Origin: Callorhinchus milii
Lineage: Eukaryota
Direction: 5' to 3'
DNA length: 64,000 nucleotides
Assembly: GCF_018977255.1 (NCBI RefSeq)
Contig: NW_024704743.1
Location: forward strand, 20,896,001-20,960,000
Both the position numbers and the translations under genes were made by a program. Shown piece after piece: positions 23,761-37,539 of the stretch. The notes under the pieces are model-generated. The model saw only the letters and a program-made list of their open reading frames with translations, was not told the DNA's origin and did no database searches. Position 1 is the stretch's first letter; the number at the start of each line of letters is the position of its first letter.

Positions 23761-25654
23761 AATCTATCTTGACTGGTTTGCATAGAGGCAAGCAGCTGTT
23801 GTTCAAGCTATGAACCTCCAACTCGTGGAACTGTTGCTCAATGAGAAGGTACGTTTGTCTGAGCTGTGGGCAGGAAGCTTGCAGGGAGTTTTTGGTAACT
23901 ACCATTCACCTAGTGAGGGCTCAAACCCACGCTTGTCAGATGTAAAATGACCAACTAGTGGTGGAGGGGGGGGGGCAATTTCCTTAGAGTTGAAGTGGCT
24001 CCAAGGTGACAAAGGAATAACAGAACTCAGCCAACCCACTGTGGCTGTCTGTATAGTCCCGTTCCTGAGCCAGGTGGCTCCACAGTACTCCAAGTCACTG
24101 CTGATGACAGCACAGCCATTGGCAGGACTTGGAACAGCAGATCAGTCACTGGATGCATGGATTTTTCCTACTCAGCTCCTGTTAACCATGCAAGCCAGAC
24201 CCCTAACAAGTAGCGTGGTCCTAGATGGGCAAGCAATGGGAAAGTTTGCCAGACAGTGCTCTGAATGTCAAGCTATGAAGTTTTAACAGGTTAGACTTAG
24301 CAATACCCCAACGCACACTCTGGGTTCCCCAAGCCTTGGCTCTTCCCAACCTGCACCTAATACTCTCCGGAATTAGGTAAGCAGGATGTGTTCCTCCAGA
24401 AAGAGGGAGTGCACATTCCTTTCCAATCAATATCTCAGGAATTTCCATCTACACGTGGGATGCATGGAACTCTCAGTTCGGTTTGAATACTCTTAAGCAT
24501 GTGTCAGACACCCAGCTGACCATAAAAAAGGGTGTATAAACAGCAGCATGGACTGGTTGGGTTGAATGTCTTATTTCCATGCTGTGCAGTCTGTGCAAAT
24601 CTATATGTGGGAGTAACAAAAGTGACTTGTCAACACAAACTGAAACAAAAATTTTCGAAGGGGAAGATCTCAAAGTATTTTATAGACAGTAGCCCATTAC
24701 AATAAACTGTTTATTTTGACTTGTGTTAAGCAATGAACAGGGATAATATCCTCTTGTTTGAATATTCTGTTTTAATCTTAATCTCCCGATGTGAAAGGTG
24801 CTATACAAATATAATTTGTTGTTGTTAGTGTACTTAAACATTAAAGTCATTCAATTTGTCACAAAATATTGTACATTGCTATGACTTTTATGTTTCTCTG
24901 AAAAAGTTATTGTTTCTTGAAAATGTCACTATAAAAGACAACAACAATTTGTATGTCTATAGCGTTCTTCACATAGGATAGCGTCACAGAGCGCTTAAAA
25001 GACCACTATAACAGACCAACCACTAAAGAGTTACAATCAGGGTTTTTCTGTCTGAGTCTGTAATGGAGCAATTTAATCCACAGCACATTACTGTTTGGCT
25101 CAGCTAGAACTTCAAAGCCCGAGGGATGGTACCAATTATATGGTAATATTATTACAATTGTCACTGGGTGATCTACATGCATCTGTTCCCTAGGCCTTTA
25201 AGGAAAACAAGGGAAGACCAGATTCAGTCCTTAGTGACTTTTCCAATTAGTTCATTTTTGGTATCAAATATTTGCTTATGTGTTTTTATGTATCTGAATG
25301 TTATAGAAGTTGAGTGGAAACAATCGCTTACACACCATAAACAATACATTCGTTTTTGAAATGGCTTTAGTAAAATTGATTTTTTATGTTTTGATTTATT
25401 AAGGAAAGGTGATTTTAACATTAGCTTTTGTGTGTTGTGTTAATTTTCACACAATGACATATTTTGTTTTCTTAAGGACAATAAATTGATTCATGTTAAA
25501 TTTTGGCATTGAATTACAAAACATATTTAGACAGATACAATTTCAATTGAAAGTAAAAGTCAATATCAAAGTTCTAAGCACAATGCAATCTACAAATCTC
25601 CGGTCATCCATTTTTTATTGAACAGCTGTTCTACCTAAAAGCCCTGTGAAATAA

Positions 25655-25840
25655 TATATAAGAACGTAAGAAATGCTAGATGAGAAAAGACCAAGGTTCA
25701 TCTAGTTCGTCTTCCATCTACCTGGGGGTCGCATGCACATATATCCTGAACTACCTATGTACGATATTCCATAATGTTATTTCCTAAAAGAAAGCTATCT
25801 AATCTGTGTTTGAAACGATCAATACTTCCTGCTTCAACCG
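25655..25840 (-). mobile_element. CR1-type 3' end
   Basis: Homologous to 17703-17880; ATAAGAAC-type octamer tail. Confidence 0.65.
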
Positions 25841-28489
25841 TTTATACGGCACTAGTGTTGAGGGGATGAGAATCAACAAGTGTTTGGGCATTGTCCTGTA
25901 ACATTACAGTACTAACATTTAATAATAATCCTTGCATTTGATATAGCGCATTATCACATCATTGAGACATCTCAAAGCGCTTCACAGCACTTGTAAAGTG
26001 GATTGACTGTAAAATATGAATTTATAAAGGTCTAAAACTGATCCATAATCAGATGTGCTATTATTTGTATTTGTCTTGAATTCAGGATGGATTCCCTTGG
26101 GCTAAAGCTGCAGAGTGTTTAGAGCTAAAACAGTCAATGATTACTGACTGAAATTGGATTGCTTCCTAATAAACTGGATGTGATTGATCACAACTTAAGT
26201 GAATTAATAGAAAACCAACTTCAAAATAGGGAAAGGAGGGGTAAAGGTGAGGGGATAAAGGATGGTGTAGATTCATGTGGAGTATAAACACCAGCACAAA
26301 CTAATTGTGCCAAATATGTGTTTCCATGTTGTAATTCAATGTACGATTAAATCTATATAAAGCAATTGCCAATTTCTGGACTTGCTTCATAAATGGAGCT
26401 AGCCTGTACACAGGTAGAATGTTTCTCCATATATAATAATAATGCTTGCATTTGATATAGTGGCTTATCATATCTTCAAGATGTCTCAAAGCGCTTCACA
26501 GAATATACTGTAAAGTGAATGACTTTTATGGACGAAATATCTGTGGGTGAAATATCTGTTATAAAATGTCACAAATTTAGTGGAACGTTTTAAACAATAG
26601 CCAAAAATCTGGGTTCGTGTAATGGTTGTGTAACAAGTGGGCCTGTGAGTTAGTATGCTCAACTTTGCAGCAGTTTAATATGAGACAGGTTTAGAAACAG
26701 GCCTTCCAAAAGATTTACGGTAACCTTCTTCAGAGCGTGTTTGTGTCTATTTTAAGAAGCTGGCAACAGGTTCAGAAAAGCATAGCAAGTTAATACCCGA
26801 TGACGTTCAATAATATTTATAGAAATATTACTCTTCTTAATATGTAATGATTGATCTCATGAAGGAAAAGCAGATGTTTAACTCTGCTCACCCTATAAAT
26901 ATTCTGTTCAGTAATGTGAACCGTGGATATTCTATGTAGAAAGAACTGTGTTGTTCTTGGTTAATCTCATTATATGTGACTCTGCTGGTGAAATGCTTCT
27001 TTGTAATTCTGCTGCCTGATCTGATTCGCTTGTTACCCATGATACATGCTCAACAACAATAACAACAACACAATTACATTTGTATAGAGCCTTTCACGAT
27101 GGGAGACGTGAAAGTAAACCTAGAATGTAAGCCAAGAACGCTACAATTCTTGCCATGAGAAGGAAATCCTTTGATCAAGATACATGTTGAACTATAAAAT
27201 AAGAATCACCCAGAGCTCTCTCTAACTGCATTAATTTGGATGTTTCCACTTGTTGAGTCCAAAATTAGGGAGCATAAATGAAAGATAGCTATTAGTAACA
27301 CATCATCAACTTGCGTTTATATAGTGCCCTTCACACCTTACAGCATATCGGTTAGAGCATTCGCCTCACAAGCTCACAAGTTCGATTCCCGATTGACAAT
27401 TGTTAGTCAATTGACAGATCACTTTCCGAGGGTAATAATCCCTTCAAATATAATATTAATTATAATTTTGTAACACTCAATCCACAACTGTTTGAGGGAT
27501 ACTGCTGTGTGCAATTGGCTGCTCTGTTTTGCTCACAAAATGTACATTCAATTCACTTGACAGTATATTCTGTGAAGCACTTTGAGACATCTTAACAACA
27601 TGATAAGGCACTATATCAAGTGCAAGGATTAGTTATTACTATATTCACATGGGATAGTGACTTGGAGCACTTGTAAATCTAATAGGGAGTTTCGGAGGAA
27701 CATATTTATTCAGAGGATTTCGTGAATGTGGAACATATTGCCAGAAGCTGTGGTTGAAGTAATTGGCACCAATGTTTTTAAAAGAAAACAATGCAAGCAT
27801 GAGTGAGAAGGGAATAGAGGGATAGAGACAGAGGAATAGAAATGGTGGAGGTTTGTGTGCAATTTTAACATCAACACAGACTAGTTTCCATGCTGTATCA
27901 CTCTTTGTAACTTTTTGTGAGTCAAAAATAATTATCACTTTTCAATCTGGGTTAAATTGTTTTTTCAGTCATGATCCTTAAAGATTGGTATTTTCTATAA
28001 TTGTAATTGAAAAGTACTCACCAAGAATTCAGACTTCCTCAGATGAAATGCAATTAACAAATACTGGATGTGCAATAATTTTGAAAAAGGAAATAAGAAT
28101 TTGACTGCTATTTTTAATTATTTTTACTGTTAAAAATAAAAACGTATTTAAATATGTTAGTTGATATGTTAGTTGTTGTAATTTACGTGCAGTTTACAAC
28201 TGAAGGATCAGATATGTTCAGCTCTATCATCATAGAACAGATTCACAGAAATTTACAGCACAGATGGAGGCCATTTGGCCCATCAAGTCTGCACCAGCTC
28301 TCAGTACAAAATGTTCATTCAATCCCATTAATTGAATTCATCACTGCAGTTACCAATCTGTTTTACTTTGATTTTTCATTTAATTCATCAAAACTGTATC
28401 TAGACGAAATGATTAGTTCCAGAGTAGAATTTTGGTCCAATTCTTGTAGACTACAAACCTACTGAATTTACTGGAATCTATAATAAAAG

Positions 28490-29400
28490 ATGAAGTAATT
28501 AGCCATCTTGTGAAGAAGAATATAAATAAGAGCAGCCAGCATGGATTTACAATTTACCGAAAGGTAGGTCATGCTTGAGCAACCTTATCAAATTATTTTA
28601 AGATGTAACAGACAAAGCAGGTAAGGAAATTGCAGTGGATGTAGTGTATTTGGATTTCCAGGAGGCCTTTGATAAAGTGCCACATATGATATGATATGAC
28701 TAAAATCAGGGCATGTGGAATCACAGAAAAGAAAACAGAATGGATTAAAGAATGGGTAGGAAACCGAAAGTAAAGCGTAGGAGGTAAGAGAATCTCCTCA
28801 CCATGGGAAGAGGAAGTAATGTTCCACAGGGATCTTTGTTAGAACTGCTAATGTTCACCGTATACTGAATTATTTGGATTCAGGTATGGGAAGTGTGTCA
28901 AAATTTGAAAATAACACCAAGCTGGGGCTGTGTGAAGAGGATTGCAGAAGAATGCAGGAAGACATAAGAAGGCTAGCAGAATGGGAAGACAGATGGCAAA
29001 GGAAAATGTGAAGTAATTCACTTTGACAGGGTCAATAAAGAAGCCATCTATAGATGGTAGGAACCTAAGAGTAGAGGAGCATAGAATGGTGGGGATTTAG
29101 ATCTAACAATCTCTAAAAGTAGTTATATAGTGCTACACAGCGCGTTGGGATGTCCTCCCGATGTGAAAAGCGCTTTAGAAATGTGGGAGTAAGGAATAGG
29201 TGGAGACTTATGTCACTCAGTGGAAACAGTAGAGGAAAAGTGATCAGATAGTCCAGAGTTAATCACTTCATCTATATTGGTGAACATACGGAATAGACTA
29301 CCCAGAAAGGTGGTGGAGGCAGATTGTGTCAGAAAATTCAAATGAGAATTAGATAATTATTTGAGAAGAATCATTTGAGACCTATGAGAGGATACCGCAG
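28490..29400 (+). mobile_element. CR1 LINE RT fragment, decayed
   Basis: SQHGF, GRSCLSNL and VDVVYLDFQEAFDKVPH readable across frameshifts. Confidence 0.85.
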
Positions 29401-29514
29401 GCTTTTGTAAAGTCCTATGTTAGTATTTGAGACCATGATTGTTAGAAAGTAAATGTTTTAAAGGTAGAGTAACCCTAGCAGACCAGTGACAATCTATTAG
29501 TATGTACAAGGAAT

Positions 29515-30090
29515 AACAACAACAGCTTGCATTCATATAGGGCCCTTCACGCAGGCTAGTGTCTCAGAGTGCTCATCAGAGCTTGACACTGAGCCAGGTG
29601 AAAGGGAGGTGACCGAAGGCATTGTCGAAGCAGAAGGTTTTCAGGTGTGATCTGAAGATGGGGAAAGGAGGAGGCAAGGCAGAGGGTTTGAGGGAGGTTT
29701 GGAGGTGTAATGGCTGAAAGCATGGCCACCAATGGTGGAGCAGAGGGAACAAGGGAGATGCAGGAGGTTGAAGCCATCAGCGCTGTGACGGTGAGTGGTG
29801 GAGTGGGAATTAAGCAGGTTGGAGAGGTAGGGAGGTGCCAGGGCATGAAGTGATTTGAAAACGAGTGTGAAGATCTTGAAGTCAATCCGTTCTGTGATAG
29901 GGAGTCATTGGAGCCTGGCAACGACTTGGGTGATGTGGGTACAGAGTTTTGTGCGGGTGAGTATAAGTGTGATGGAGTTTTCAATTAATTTTTTGGGGGG
30001 ATAGTGGAGCTGGGGAGACTGATGAGGAAGGAATTGAAAGAATCGAGGCAAGAGGTGACGAATGGATGGATGATGGTTTCGGAACAAGAA
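29515..30090 (-). mobile_element. Old L2 3' fragment (different subfamily)
   Basis: (CAA)n-GCTTGCATT tail; the reverse complement encodes a RIDFKI-like motif. Confidence 0.7.
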
Positions 30091-30152
30091 TTACTGAAGG
30101 TGGACAGTTAACATTATAATGTGGGCGGCTAACATTGTAATGTGGGTAGTAC

Positions 30153-30468
30153 ATAATAATAATAATCCTTGCATTTGATATAGCGCTTTTCATGTCGGGA
30201 TGATGTCCCAAAGCGCTTCACAGAACACACTGTAAAGTGAATTGATTGTATATTTGTGGGCGAACGCAACAGCCAATTGCGCACAGCAATGTCCCACAAA
30301 CAGTCGTAGATTGAAAATGACCAATTTATTATTGTTTTTGGTTTTGGAGGGATTATTATTAGGCGTGTGGAGTAAGGAAACTTGCCCAAGGTTTCGCCCT
30401 CTGCCTGGAATTGAACTCAGGTCTCTCGCTTGCAAAGCGAGTGCTCTAACCACTGAGCTACAGGACTA
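30153..30468 (-). mobile_element. Full-length young tRNA(Ala-like)-headed SINE, short form
   Basis: Head GTCCTGTAGCTCAGTGGTTAGAGCACTCGCTTTGCAAGCGAGAGACCTGAGTTCAATTCC; (TTA)n tail; high identity to 48085-48290 and 57468-57786. Confidence 0.9.
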
Positions 30469-31854
30469 CATATTATAATGAGGATTGATTTACTGTAAAG
30501 TTGAGTATTTAAAATTATAAAACAGCCACTCCAACAACACACTGTCAAAAATTCAAACACAAACTAAAGAATTGCAGTGTGCTGCAATAAAAACACGTTA
30601 AAAAGTATTGTAATGCTGAAAGGCACAGATAACTGTAAACAGATTATGTAACTTGAATCAGAAATGAAACATTTTCCACAGTGAAGCAACAATATCTGAA
30701 TTAGACCCATTAAACCAATCAACGTGGTGTTGCTTAACCTTCTAAAAAGGACTGGATGAATACCTGTTAAGAAAGGGACTGTACGCTCTAAGGACAAATA
30801 TAAACGTGGATGATCAAATTCTGCACAGAAGACAATGGCTTCTGTGTTGCAGGGACCATGGAAATGCCATCTGTGGAATGTGAGTTGTCAGTGTTGAATA
30901 ATTTAGGCTGGAATGTTAAATCAATATCCTGGACGTTTTGCTCACTTCCCCTTTGGCGATCAGGATAAGTTTCACACAGGGATTATTTTTTGATGATTGC
31001 TAAAAATTGTTAATGTCTTTATAATGGGCTATTCAGTTATCAAACTGTAACATGATGATTGCATTTTTGAAGAGCTGCCAGAATTAAACCTCACAGTCTC
31101 ATCTAAGAGATTCTTAATAATGAGCTCTTGATTCAACTTCAAATCAAATATAGAACATTATTATAGCAATAAGAACTTTATTGCTATTTTATTATTATTT
31201 TAGCAACCATCATAACATAATCCAGTTTGTTGTATCTTCTTGTAAATTTCAATCCTTCTCAGATTTCTCTATATACCCACAGATACTCTCTCTCTTTCAA
31301 TTTCTGCCATTTCATAGATGGCAAACATAGAGATGAGTAGAGGTATCAATCACAAGACCATGTGAATAAGCTCACACCATTACAGCGATACCAGTGAGCG
31401 ATTTCCACAGTAAAGAAATTAACCGACAAGAAGGATAACTGCCATGGGAATGTGCTGGTAACAAATTGGTAGACTGGGAACTGGACAAGACAGGTGATAG
31501 GGTTATTGGAGCAAAGTGCTGCCAAGCAGGTTCAAATTTCCCTATTTCCCCACTCAGGTGATTCCCAGGTATTCTGCTATGCAAATCACACAGCAGAAGC
31601 CAGCCACCAACCCATAGGATGGGAAAAAAACAATGGGAGATTTGCCTCTGGGCTGTTTTCATTAACTATCAATCAGTTCTGAGAGGTGACTTGTGAATCT
31701 TTTGGCAACAGTAGACCAGAGCAATTCAGGGCTAATGGAGAAATTTGTTCTGCGAGGGACATCCGTTCAGTACAGTAGAAAGGATATCGACACTAATGGG
31801 GATTCTTGCAGTTGCAAAAAATGCGATTAAAGCATTATCTCCCGAAATAGATAG

Positions 31855-32190
31855 TGGAGTTCTGTAGCTCAGTGTTTAGAGCACTCGCCTTGCAAGAGAG
31901 ACCTGGGTTTGATTCCCGGCAGGGTGAAACCTTAGGTACGTTTCTTTACTCCACATGCTTAATAATAATCCCTCAAAGAAAAAAAACCAATAAAATTAGT
32001 AACTTCAATCCATGACTGTTTGTGGGACACTGCTGTGCGCAATTGGCTGCCGTGTTTCGCCCACAAATATACAGTCAATTCACTTTAAAGTATATTCTGT
32101 GAAGCGCTTTGAGACGTCGAGAAGACGTGAAAAACGCTATATCAAATGCAAGGATTATTATATCAAATGCAAGGATTATTATTATTATTA
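31855..32190 (+). mobile_element. Full-length tRNA-SINE, short form, with duplicated 3' terminus
   Basis: A/B boxes present; TATCAAATGCAAGGATTATTA occurs twice in tandem at the end. Confidence 0.9.
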
Positions 32191-34254
32191 AGCACAATGG
32201 CAAACGCACTGCACTGCATCCTTCTCCAGATGTTTGAGGAACTTATACATTTTTTATAACTTGACACAAGAACACAATTTCATTAGAGCACTTATAAGCA
32301 ATGTATTATAATTAAATATTAAATATAAATTATATTAAAATGTATTTTAAGCAAGTCTTAAAGAAATGGACACCCACTGTTTTAATTGACTTAAAAGGCA
32401 TCCAATCATGATCATAACAAAAAAATAATAAATTGGTCACCAATCCACAACTGTTTGTCATGGAATTGTCGCTGTGTATAATTAGCTGCTGCATTTCGCC
32501 CACAAAACATACCATCAATTTACTTTACAGTATATTCTGTGAAGCGCTTCGAGACGTCTCAAAGACATGATAAGGCGCTATATCAAATGCAAGGATTATT
32601 ATTATATAGGATTATTATAATACGCAGAAATTTACAATTTATTCTGCAAAAACTTCGAATCACAGAGAAGACTCTTTCCTGATCACTCTCATCAAGGAAA
32701 TGCAATCAATTGAGCATGAATCTTCAGATTGAGAAAGTTCTGAGCTGAGCCAGGATCTTCATCTTTCAAGGTTAATAAAGTGAGTATTATGATTAAAAAT
32801 TAGCAAAACTGTCCTCCTCCAGGAAGGGAAGGAAATGGAATCTCCTTAGAGCTGGACCAACTCTGAAAAGATGTCTCAGTGAAAGTCTATAGTGAGCTGA
32901 AGATTATCATTGGCAAGTGAAGTCCACCTTGCTTGAAGCTCTGCTCACGCTCACATTCGAGAGAATGAGAGGCTTAGTGGCTGAAAGCAGAAATAAGGAC
33001 TGCAATTTGCAAATGAAGATTCCTTCCTGTAACCAGAGGAATGTCTGGAAACCCATGGGAACTTGACTCTGAAGGTAGCTTGTGTCGGAGTGGAGTTTCC
33101 GCGGGTTTGTGTGACGTCCTGCTGATTAACAACTGTGATTGTGACATAATATTGCAAGTTTATGGCCCCTGACCAGAATTGGGCAGTTGTTCAGCACAAT
33201 GATTCTTTGCCTCTGAGATTTGCAATTGTTCCTACAAATCATTCTAAGGGAAACTATTAAAAGTGAAACGTTGAAGCTTTTGTAACATTTAGTAAAGTAG
33301 TAATTTCCCACTTTTGCTTCCCACTCCACATCACTTCATATTGAGGCTGAAAGTGCACACTGTAATAGCTTTGCATAACACTGTTATTGAAATGGCCAAC
33401 CTACTGAGTTACTGTTCAAAATTCATGCTCATTGCAGCTTTGAGGAGAAGATGGGGACATTTGTGCAGTGCTTATAATGCATCTGTACAAATTGCACTAT
33501 TGGCAAACCACTTCCTCTGAATGGTATTAGCAGGGGAGCTCCAGAATGATTCTTGCTGTTTGAGTCTCAGTTTCTACCGCATAGTTAATAGCAAATCATC
33601 ACTGAATATGCAGCTTAAATACAGAAAAAACTGACAGGTAATTTACTCCTTCTTTGACCTAAGTACGGAGAATAAGAATTGACATGGAGTCAGATGACTC
33701 ATTCAGCAGGTCTTAAAGCTGTGGCATACAGTAAAATAATAATATTGTTTATTGGAAAATGTCTATTTTTAAAAAAAGCACGCATCTTATATCTTTGAGC
33801 AGTGTTAGAAATGTCAAAGTGAGCCCCTGGGGAGCTCTGTGGATACTATTGTTCTAAATAGTCATGTTTCATTCCTGTATCTCTAAAAGATTTTTGAAAC
33901 GAAACTGAATATGTAATCTGCAGTATTGCAAATACATCATAAACATTTAATTGAGAAAATACAAAACTACGTCTGTAAAACTTACATTTTCCTTCTCTCA
34001 ATTAGACTATCCTGCATCATATATATATATATAAAGTCATATACAGTTTCTGCTTGCGTAGCTTGCTAACAACTGGGAGGTAATCCAAATCACCAGAGTG
34101 CCTGTTGGTTTCTCTCTCTTCCTCTCTCTCTCTTAGGACCATAGGAACAGGAGTAAGCCATTCAGCAGAGCCACAGATCAGCCATGAACTAAGAAAATTA
34201 CGGAGCCTGCTCTGTCATTTTTTTAGGTCATGGTGGATGATCTGTAACTCAATT

Positions 34255-35570
34255 CAGTGACAACTTACATTTACGTAGCACCCTTCACATGTCTAAGAGG
34301 CATGAGGTTGGAAGGGAGAGAGCACAGGGGGGAGGGGGAAGGGGAGATGGCCATAGGTATGTTCAAAGAGGTAGGATTTGAAGGGGGACTTAAATGGTTA
34401 AAGATGGAAAGAGGGAGTAGTTCCTGAGTTTGGAGTCATAGGAACTGAAAGCTTGGCTACTGATGGCAGTGTGGAGAGGGAGGGGTGGGGGGACATGCAA
34501 CAAGCCCATTAGCTGAAGGCGAGCAGAGGAGTATAGGGTAGAAGATCAGGGAGATAAGGAGGAGCCAGGGATTTGTAGGTGAGGACCTTGAAATTGATCT
34601 GCTGGGAGCCATCGAGACAGTCAATGACTGGGGTGATGGGCTTGCAGAATGCCAATTGCCTATCTTTTCTCCAAACCCTCTGATAACTTTACTAGCCAAG
34701 ACCCATGGGAACTCCATTCCAATAAGATCCACTTCATTCTTATCAAGAGGAATTCTAATGGGAGTCCTTATTGAGGAGGAAAATACAACAATTTACACCC
34801 ATTAAATGTGATAAATTAAATTCTTAAGAAATTAAGTTATTTAAATATTAAATATCATCTCCACTTATTGATAGACTAAAATGCATAACCCACAAGTAAC
34901 TTGACAAGTAAGTCTGGTTCAGGAGTTGTGTAAATATCCTATCACACAAATTGGGTACCCTATTTATGTAGCATTTGCTTCCAAAATACACAGTCACTCC
35001 ACTCCACAGTAATTCCTGTGAAGCTTTTGGGTTATTTTGACAATGCGATAATAATAATAATCTTTCCATATGGTATAGCGTTTATTACATCAACAACAAC
35101 AATTTGCATTTATATCGCTCCCTTCATGTGGGCTAGCGTCCTGTTTCACAATGGCGGTGTCTGACCACGAGCCAGGGGGAGACGGAGGGGACTGTAAGCA
35201 CGATCAAAAAGGAAGGCCTTTAGGCGGGTTTAGGTGGGGAGGGAGGGGGCAAGGAGGAGGGATTGAGGGAGAGAATTCCTCAGTTTTGGGACATAGTAAC
35301 TAAAGGCACGGCCACCGATGGTGGAACGGAGGGCAAGAGAGACAAACAGGAGTCGGAGCCAGCTGAGCGGAGGCAGCGGTTGGTGGAGTGGGAGCTAAAC
35401 AGGTCGGATAGGTAGGGAGGTGCGAGGACATGGAGGGATTTGAAAACAAGTAAGAGGATCTTGAAATCAATCCATTCGGTACTTGGGAGCCAGTGGAACC
35501 TGGCAAGGACTGCTGTGTTGGGGGTACGGAGTTTTGTGCAGGTGAATAGCCGGGCAGCGGAGAACGCGGT
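34255..35570 (-). mobile_element. Two old L2 3' fragments (~34255-34650, ~35090-35570)
   Basis: ARFHWLPSTEWIDFKILLLVFKSLH on the minus strand; (CAA)n tail. Confidence 0.7.
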
Positions 35571-37522
35571 CAAGATGTCTCAAAGCGCTTCACAGGATTT
35601 ATTGCGAAGTGGATTGACTGTTTATTTTGAAGGCGATATATATAATGCAAGATTTATTATCTTATACTAAATCATGTTAAGAAATGCCAGCATTCTTATT
35701 ATATGGCAGATGTTTTAAATCAGTACATTATTTTTTAAATTTAAATAGTTGTTGGTTACGACTTCCATAGAAGCAGAGTGGTACCCGACATAGACTAGTG
35801 ATGAGGACCAAAGGTACCCTTGTTCATGGCCTTTCAATTCATATGAGTTGTGATCACTTCACCAGCATAAATCTCGATTAAAAAGTAGTCCCCAGGAATA
35901 TACATGTATTTTTATTTGTTACTTTTGCTATTTTTGCTTTGGGTTATTTTTAAGATTCTTTTGCGTAACATGCAAATACTCAGCGTATTGCTATCACTGC
36001 ATGAAAACATCTATTGTTTTGTGGTTTCTGCTCCATTTAAACTGGAGTCATGTGCACCAGCATCCTAGCTATATCAGAGTGAACCCTCAGGCTGCTTATA
36101 GAGGACCCCCACCACATGCAAACAATAGGCCATCTGCAGCCAGGAACAAAGTCCTGTATTATGTGTGAGCATTTGCAGCTCATATTCCTGTTCTGTGCAT
36201 CATGCTGACATCCCACAGTCAAACATAAGTTATGGAAATCAAATGCGAAAAGAGAGGAAAAAAATCTATGGTTGAATTTTTATACTTTAACATTAGGAGA
36301 GTCAATAAGGTAGATTATTACCGAATATTTTCGATAAGTATTTACACGATTTTAACACCATTCATTACTAGACATATTTTTCATTTGACAATCTTTTTAA
36401 GTCCTTAAAAATACATTGAAACAAAGTAATCCAATATTACGTTTTGATGGTGATTAAGTTTACACTTCATATAGTTTATGTTATTTTAGATAACATATGC
36501 CTGTCTAGTACAAGTAATAATGCACTCTGGGTATTCAAAGGAATAAAGGAGCTGAAGACAAGAAAAAACATACTGTTTGTGTTGGATTAATTCTATAGGT
36601 CAAAGCACTTATATTGGGGCCAAGGCTGTTGGAAACCAAGTGGTCACACAGAAAGTTTATTCAGCGAGGCCACAGAAGGTCATAGGCTACACATGGAGTT
36701 GCATTTTTCCCATACAAACCTCTTGCTGAAGACAAAGCAGGAGTCACAGCAACCGGAAAAGTCTGTAAACTTTTAACTTCAGGAGGACATCTCAGACATT
36801 CTAGGCTGAAAAGCTTCTGTTAACTCCATCAGAACAAAGATGCCATCAGACACAAAGCACCTGTTTAAAGCAAAGAATGGGATCAATTCCTTTACCAAGA
36901 GATCAGAAAAAACACTCAGACTTGGGTCCCCTTTCTTCTGATACATCAGTAGAGTTGCTTTAACTGACTGTCACACTAAATGTAATTGTCAGTCATGACT
37001 GACAAACAAATCAAAGTGATCTTGGCTCATTGAAGAACTGTGGTAAATTAAAGGGATAATTGCAAAATGAGTTTTGTTAATTAAGAAAACATGAAAAAAT
37101 GTCAGTCATGGTCACTTATTCATTTAGTTTTCAGATGTCTCTTTTTAAAAGATATTTGTATACACATACTGAGTACACTTAAAAACACTGATGATTACTG
37201 ACCGAAACAGTCTGAATTCACAGATATAATTTGACAGCCAAGACACTTAAAAGCCATTTTCTGTTTACATTTCCTAAATTGTTAATAGTTCCATGGCAGT
37301 ATGACATGATACCGTTCATTATATCTAAGCAATTATTTAAAACTATTATCATGTACTAATTGTATAAACTCTCCTCTAGTGATGACTGCATTTTCTTTGT
37401 GGGAAATCTGCACACACATTTGAGTGTTGTATCTATACCTCATCCACCAGGAATTCTTCTTAAACTTTCCAGAGACAAACCATTGGACATGTTTACAGAC
37501 ACGCATAATCTTATAATCATTT

Positions 37523-37539
37523 GAGCCATCTAGTGGCCA
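37523..37539 (-). promoter_or_regulatory. Strong CTCF motif match
   Basis: Reverse complement TGGCCACTAGATGGCTC fits the core CCASYAGRKGGC. Confidence 0.6.

Noticed and set aside
30395..30468. tRNA-Ala-like sequences (also ~3580, 9485, 31860, 45535, 57720)
   Set aside because: They are SINE heads continuous with SINE bodies and have no proper acceptor stem, so they are not tRNA genes.
32640..33720. Possible exons of a downstream gene (donor-like ACAG|GTAATT near 33637, CRE-like and HOX-like motifs)
   Set aside because: No open frame resembling a protein I recognise; non-coding exons cannot be supported from sequence alone.
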